DNA from: Myxococcaceae bacterium
GTDB lineage: Bacteria > Myxococcota > UBA727 > JABDBI01
NCBI GenBank assembly: GCA_016000045.1
Contig: JAECQY010000003.1
Coordinates: 91 to 64,090 of the forward strand
Length of the DNA stretch: 64,000 nt
Reading direction: 5' to 3'
The number at the start of each line of letters is the position of its first letter. Position 1 is the first letter of the stretch. Below are positions 63,101 to 64,000 of this stretch, in pieces. Below the pieces are notes generated by a model. It did no database searches and was not told where the DNA came from. It saw nothing but the letters and a program-made list of their open reading frames with translations. Position numbers and translations under genes: made by a program.

Positions 63101-64000
63101 AAGTGCTTTGAATCAATTCGATGTTTAATGAATAATTCAAGATATCGGATTGCCTCTTGAAGATCGTAATCATAATATAAATCTGCAATATTTAATGAAA
63201 AATCGGTCTTCTTAATTGCATCTGGATATTTTTGGATAAATTGACTAATTTGACGAATCAAACTCTTTGCATCGTCTTTTTGAAGTTTTTTCAATGGAAT
63301 CAGTTCACGATTATAGTAGTCTTCTACATGTTGGGTACGTTTAGCCAAAACAAGGTCTTTGGCAATTTTATAATCGCTTTCAAGCTCTCCCATCTGGGTC
63401 GAATCGGGTAGATTGAGTAGTTTACGCTTTTCGCCTAGCTTCACTTGTTCAATTTGTACGATTCGATTGTTTTGGCGATTGTACTCAGCCAAATGGATAT
63501 CGATCTCAGTCTGATGATTCGTCAGAAGCTGCTGCTCAATGCGGCTCAACCAAGTAGGGGCCTTATCTTGCAGAATTTCGTCAAATAACTGGGTGCAGGC
63601 ACTTTCTAAGTCGGCTAAATGGCTCTTTAAGACCATTAAGCCTGCTTTGGCTGTCACGAGTCTGGAACTTGCATTTTTAATTTCTTGCTGCGCAACTCGG
63701 GCTAATTTTTGGGTCAGAATGGAGTAGGTTGCTTGAAGCTGAGCCAATTGATTTAAGTCCGTTTCTTCAACATGAGATTCAAGCGTTATTTGAATCTTTT
63801 TAAGATCGGAAGGATTGTCTTTCAAAACAAGTGTTAATCCTGTTTTGGCTGCTTTTTTAGAATTCCATTCAAAGGTTTGAGTCAACCGATAAAGCAGACT
63901 TGAAGAAAGCTCTCCTGAATTGATTTGGTAGGATACGATGACTTTTAAGCGATGTGTTCCGATACCAATTTTTTGAAAGTTGTTCTGTTGAACCGGCACC
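60178..64000 (-). CDS. Large TPR-repeat protein (GltD/AgmU-like), 5'-truncated by window edge
   Basis: More than 1270 aa of TPR-like helices; L.APCP..L....CDEY...LEEKA..LE.KA. Confidence 0.75.
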   Translation of the reverse strand, partial: VPVQQNNFQKIGIGTHRLKVIVSYQINSGELSSSLLYRLTQTFEWNSKKAAKTGLTLVLKDNPSDLKKIQITLESHVEETDLNQLAQLQATYSILTQKLARVAQQEIKNASSRLVTAKAGLMVLKSHLADLESACTQLFDEILQDKAPTWLSRIEQQLLTNHQTEIDIHLAEYNRQNNRIVQIEQVKLGEKRKLLNLPDSTQMGELESDYKIAKDLVLAKRTQHVEDYYNRELIPLKKLQKDDAKSLIRQISQFIQKYPDAIKKTDFSLNIADLYYDYDLQEAIRYLELFIKHRIDSKHLDSAHYLLGISFRYEGELQKSKDNFELLLRKFSTSAYADEVKFRLAEIYFEEEDYAEALKYYTQLALPYPGIYARRATFKVAWILFAQQNYSQAIDGFRKMLSDFPAQGDQDVLQQESERYWARAILELDSQDPLRQALQDKAPRSVLLMLGKLLTQNKRNPAAIAVLAQAIQMDPENSSNEAVDARIIALSPEPSMRKEIIARYIDRPQSKDFIQPILLSLAIQLFNEAKKKNDPKIFHESAYYFAQFVSHFPTDKQLDEIIYFYGESSFKAGEYHQAAQAFAQIRDWKGATAYRSQAALDVVYAYDSWIKQTFPEADFSKLQLSDLGRFEQPMPSPMLDFIEAVRTLKNNFPQVPAYPAFLFQVASIEYSYGAEAEAQKDFRALIQEYPEAPAARVSANLLVGTLVQKQKWAEVAQTALQYEFLGPEFSEIKRNARFKEANALFAEAKSHEDYQAAAAVYDWVLNNRPSEEVREKSLYNAAKALDQAELYAEAEQRFEELIRLYPKGPFARNVLVDRAVFFQQKQLFAESARIYLKIKQEPSALLQAAIHFEAAGNWLLAAQTFEQFTKEYPQNPETPLAYQRAIQDYEEARQGKEATALRGVFYKRFRNESPEADFALLVPELNAYFALKIEATTSQGQSNELIRKTNRLADLQKRYERIVKRYDLSEWSLASLFEIGRLYQNLFEVLLKAPCPSDVQKLQEEACDEYASILEEKAMVLERKAIDAFHRVIDRSPGVSGGIAWLSRAKQALNQIKPSDYEAFEELPIASIVAEESNLQASGNKTNALQMAQGYMAEKRYRAAQLILEELEGQEASVQVKLWLAYSYQAQKIGKKAEELYQSIDVPQALIALGEISLDRGEISKAVEYLQKAKSKLPNSITASLLLGNAYFLAKDYPNALKSYFFVVKSEPDYFYGWLSLAMVYMAQKDDVGAVEALEKFQASKNLDKALFLRVSQYLKVAKQRLLLRKQRA

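Overview
A 64-kb, gene-dense window of moderate GC (roughly mid-40s % by eye). It comes from a bacterium with Myxococcota/Bdellovibrionota-type hallmarks: CarD/CdnL, an Agl-Glt-like TolQ/TolR/TPR operon, and duplicated ATP synthase b/b' subunits. The housekeeping backbone includes truA, hpt, tdk, asnS, infC-rpmI-rplT-pheS-pheT, a type II glutamine synthetase, pyrG, murA, a split ATP synthase operon, menB, a complete Suf operon with its Rrf2 operator, tRNA-fMet and tRNA-Pro. Several accessory patches interrupt it. The strongest signal is a dispersed set of DUF1566/Lcl (C-type lectin fold) genes at <1-426, 29422-31308 and 53519-56029. Their 3' ends show the codon signature of diversity-generating-retroelement (DGR) variable regions and share a conserved non-coding motif after the stop codon, and one is followed by GC-rich hairpins with GAA/GGA loops. 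I found no reverse transcriptase or template region in the window. Two of these genes, plus a third at 5720-6616, form a modular secreted family: signal peptide, an unrecognised ~150-aa domain, a Ser/Thr stalk, then 0, 1 or 2 lectin di-domain cassettes. The lectin-less member is coupled to a membrane protein resembling kinetoplastid (Bodo/Trypanosoma DGF-1-like) proteins, which suggests a protist-associated lifestyle. All calls come from motif recognition by eye; no searches were run.
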